A stretch of 39,791 nt of DNA from Pseudobacteriovorax sp. (lineage in GTDB: Bacteria; Bdellovibrionota_B; Oligoflexia; Oligoflexales; Oligoflexaceae): contig JBNKNM010000030.1 in NCBI GenBank assembly GCA_050293845.1, forward strand, positions 1-39,791. Reading direction: 5' to 3'. Made by a program: the position numbers and the translations under genes. Under the pieces are notes generated by a model that worked only from the letters and a program-made list of their open reading frames with translations, did not search any database and was not told where the DNA came from. This document shows positions 38,001 to 39,791 of the stretch, piece by piece. Each line of letters opens with the position of its first letter. Within the stretch, counting starts at the first letter, position 1.

Positions 38001-38084
38001 GTAATTCATCGGTAGCAGAGATGAAAATCTTTAGCAAGTCAAATTCTGTTTTTGAGCTGAAGCGTAGAGGTATCAAATGGCCAG

Positions 38085-38110
38085 AAAATCCCCATTCTGG
38101 GGATTATTTT
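38085..38110 (-). terminator. Intrinsic terminator-like hairpin after fabH
   Basis: AATCCCCA-ttc-TGGGGATT stem-loop flanked by short A/T runs, about 25 bp past the fabH stop. Confidence 0.55.
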
Positions 38111-38130
38111 AATCTCATATCCGCGCTGCA

Positions 38131-39132
38131 CTACACTTTTTCCAAGAGGGCCGCCCCCCAGGTTAAGCCGCTGCCGACAACTGCAACAACAATTTTTTCT
38201 CCAGGCTGAAACTTATCCCAATTCATAGACAGCACAGCAGGAGCACCAGCGGCTCCCTGGTTGCCAAATTGGTTAACATTAAAGAGATGTTTTTGGGGAG
38301 CAAAACCTAGGCGGTCTGCGGCTGAAAAAATCATCCGGAGGTTTGCCTGGTGTCCGGTAAAATAATGGATATCCTCGGGACTAAGGCGATTGCGGTCGAG
38401 GATAGCCCTGGTAATTTCAATGGTTTTTGTAATAGCAAACTTTTGGACAGCCTTACCATTCTGGCTGAAATATTGCCCATCAGGGATTTTCACAAGGTCG
38501 TGCCCTTTGGGATTACTCATGATGACTGTGTCTAAAACCTTTAATCCCCCATTCTCCTGCTTGGTAGACAGCAACGTTGCCGCTGAGCCGTCACCAAATA
38601 GTACGCATGTGTTGCGATCATTGAAATCGACCCGTAAGGAGTAACGTTCCGGGTTAAAAATGGCGATTTCCTTCTGCGCAGCACTGAGCAGGAGACCCTT
38701 GGCGATGTGCAAATCGATAATAAAGGAGCTACATGCGGAGTTTGCATCAAAAGAGATGACGTCTAAACCTACAGCATCAGCAATTGTGCAAGCATTAGCG
38801 GGAATATCGAAATCTGGAACCGATGTGCCACAAATTAGCATATCAGGCTCAGGAGTGCTAGGTGCTCGTTGTACCAATTGTTCCCAGGCCGGCTTGGCAA
38901 TTTCGGCAATGGAGGCAATTTTATTTTTTTCCCTTAGAGAGCTAAGGGTTTCTCGTCCTTCTTTTACCGCTAAAATATCGCTGGGGCTCATGACGCTGCG
39001 ACGAGATTCAATACCGGTACGCTCTTTCACCCAAGCGGCATCGGAACCGATGTCAAGGCTATCGATAAAGTGGTTATCAATGACGGTTGGAGGATGGTAA
39101 TGGCCCATAGATTGGATAAAAATTTCGCTCAT
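38131..39132 (-). CDS. fabH: 3-oxoacyl-ACP synthase III family protein
   Basis: ERTGIESRR, ANSACSSF (Cys), LFGDGSAA, HQAN (His), GNQGAA (Asn), GSGLTWG. Confidence 0.88.
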   Translation of the reverse strand: MSEIFIQSMGHYHPPTVIDNHFIDSLDIGSDAAWVKERTGIESRRSVMSPSDILAVKEGRETLSSLREKNKIASIAEIAKPAWEQLVQRAPSTPEPDMLICGTSVPDFDIPANACTIADAVGLDVISFDANSACSSFIIDLHIAKGLLLSAAQKEIAIFNPERYSLRVDFNDRNTCVLFGDGSAATLLSTKQENGGLKVLDTVIMSNPKGHDLVKIPDGQYFSQNGKAVQKFAITKTIEITRAILDRNRLSPEDIHYFTGHQANLRMIFSAADRLGFAPQKHLFNVNQFGNQGAAGAPAVLSMNWDKFQPGEKIVVAVVGSGLTWGAALLEKV

Positions 39133-39141
39133 CACTTTCTC

Positions 39142-39791
39142 CTAATTTGTGAACATCCCACCGTTGACATGGATCGTACTGCCAGTGATATAGGAAGCAT
39201 TCTCCGATGCAAGAAAGGCCACTGCTTTGCCAACTTCTTGGGGGGCGCCAAGACGTTTTAAAGGGATTTTGGTGAGTATGGCTTCCTTAACTTCAACGGG
39301 TAGAGCATCTGTCATGTCCGTATCAATAAACCCTGGTGCTACGGCGTTAACTCTAATACCAAAGCCGGCAAGATCCATGGCGATACTCTTGGTAAAAGCC
39401 GTGATAGCCCCTTTAGTTGCTGCGTACATACTTTGTCCCGCGTTTCCCGTATGACCGACAACTGAGCTTAGATTTACAATATTTCCTGATTTTTGTTTGA
39501 TCATCTGCTTGGAGACTAATTTACATAGATTGAAAACTGATTTCGTGTTGACGTTGAAGAGCGCTTCAAAATCAGACGGTTTTGCAAAGGTAATGACCTG
39601 ATCAATACTCATTCCGGCGTTATTAACTAAGACGTCAATACGACCAAATTTATCTTTCACCGCTTTTACCAGTGATTTGCACTGCTCTTCGTCAGCAATG
39701 TCTGCTTGGAAAATACTGGCTTCGGGAAGCGATTGTGCCAGCGCTTTGGCTAGATCCTCGTTACCGCGATAATGAATGGCAACTTTATAGC
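39142..39791 (-). CDS. fabG: 3-oxoacyl-ACP reductase (5' end outside the window)
   Basis: Frame open to the window edge (YKVAIHYRGN...); LVNNAG, SSVVG..GNAGQ, YAATK, VAPGFIDTDMT, IPLKRLG, YITG..IHVNGG. Confidence 0.9.
   Translation of the reverse strand, partial: YKVAIHYRGNEDLAKALAQSLPEASIFQADIADEEQCKSLVKAVKDKFGRIDVLVNNAGMSIDQVITFAKPSDFEALFNVNTKSVFNLCKLVSKQMIKQKSGNIVNLSSVVGHTGNAGQSMYAATKGAITAFTKSIAMDLAGFGIRVNAVAPGFIDTDMTDALPVEVKEAILTKIPLKRLGAPQEVGKAVAFLASENASYITGSTIHVNGGMFTN

Noticed and set aside
865..39454. Numerous short antisense or overlapping ORFs (e.g. 10309-10686, 23034-23453, 34379-34819, 38660-39100)
   Set aside because: Shadows of well-supported genes on the other strand or frame, with no motifs
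1..39791. CRISPR arrays, tRNA/rRNA genes, transposases, integrases, defence islands
   Set aside because: No regularly spaced repeats, cloverleafs or mobile-element proteins seen by eye; EVE and RecD2 here sit in housekeeping context

Overview
A gene-dense bacterial chromosomal segment of about 40 kb, made up mostly of housekeeping genes. The gene content and style suggest a Bdellovibrionota/Oligoflexia-like or other former deltaproteobacterial genome; this is inference only. It carries ligA, pheA, an agmatinase-family gene, galE, yicC-gmk-rel (no rpoZ), a soluble Ser/Thr kinase, a GT39-like glycosyltransferase, recD2, hpf, polA-tatC, an EVE protein, a biotin operon bioB-bioF-bioDA, tolQRAB (no adjacent pal) and fabG-fabH. 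I saw no tRNA/rRNA genes, CRISPR array, integrase or transposase. The observations most worth following up are: (1) a highly structured ~115-nt leader RNA at 37885-38000 (minus strand) that sequesters the SD of a basic hypothetical gene and could form a loop-loop pseudoknot; (2) a BioD-BioA fusion, plus a C9 tract where loss of one base would fuse BioB to BioF; (3) an 18-bp perfect palindrome abutting the bioB RBS; (4) a protein with three zinc fingers of classical C2H2 spacing but mostly Cys ligands; (5) a consensus sigma28/FliA promoter in front of hpf, with weaker matches at other genes; (6) a small lipoprotein with a defensin-like CxxxC/CxC pattern; (7) a 43% acidic small protein.
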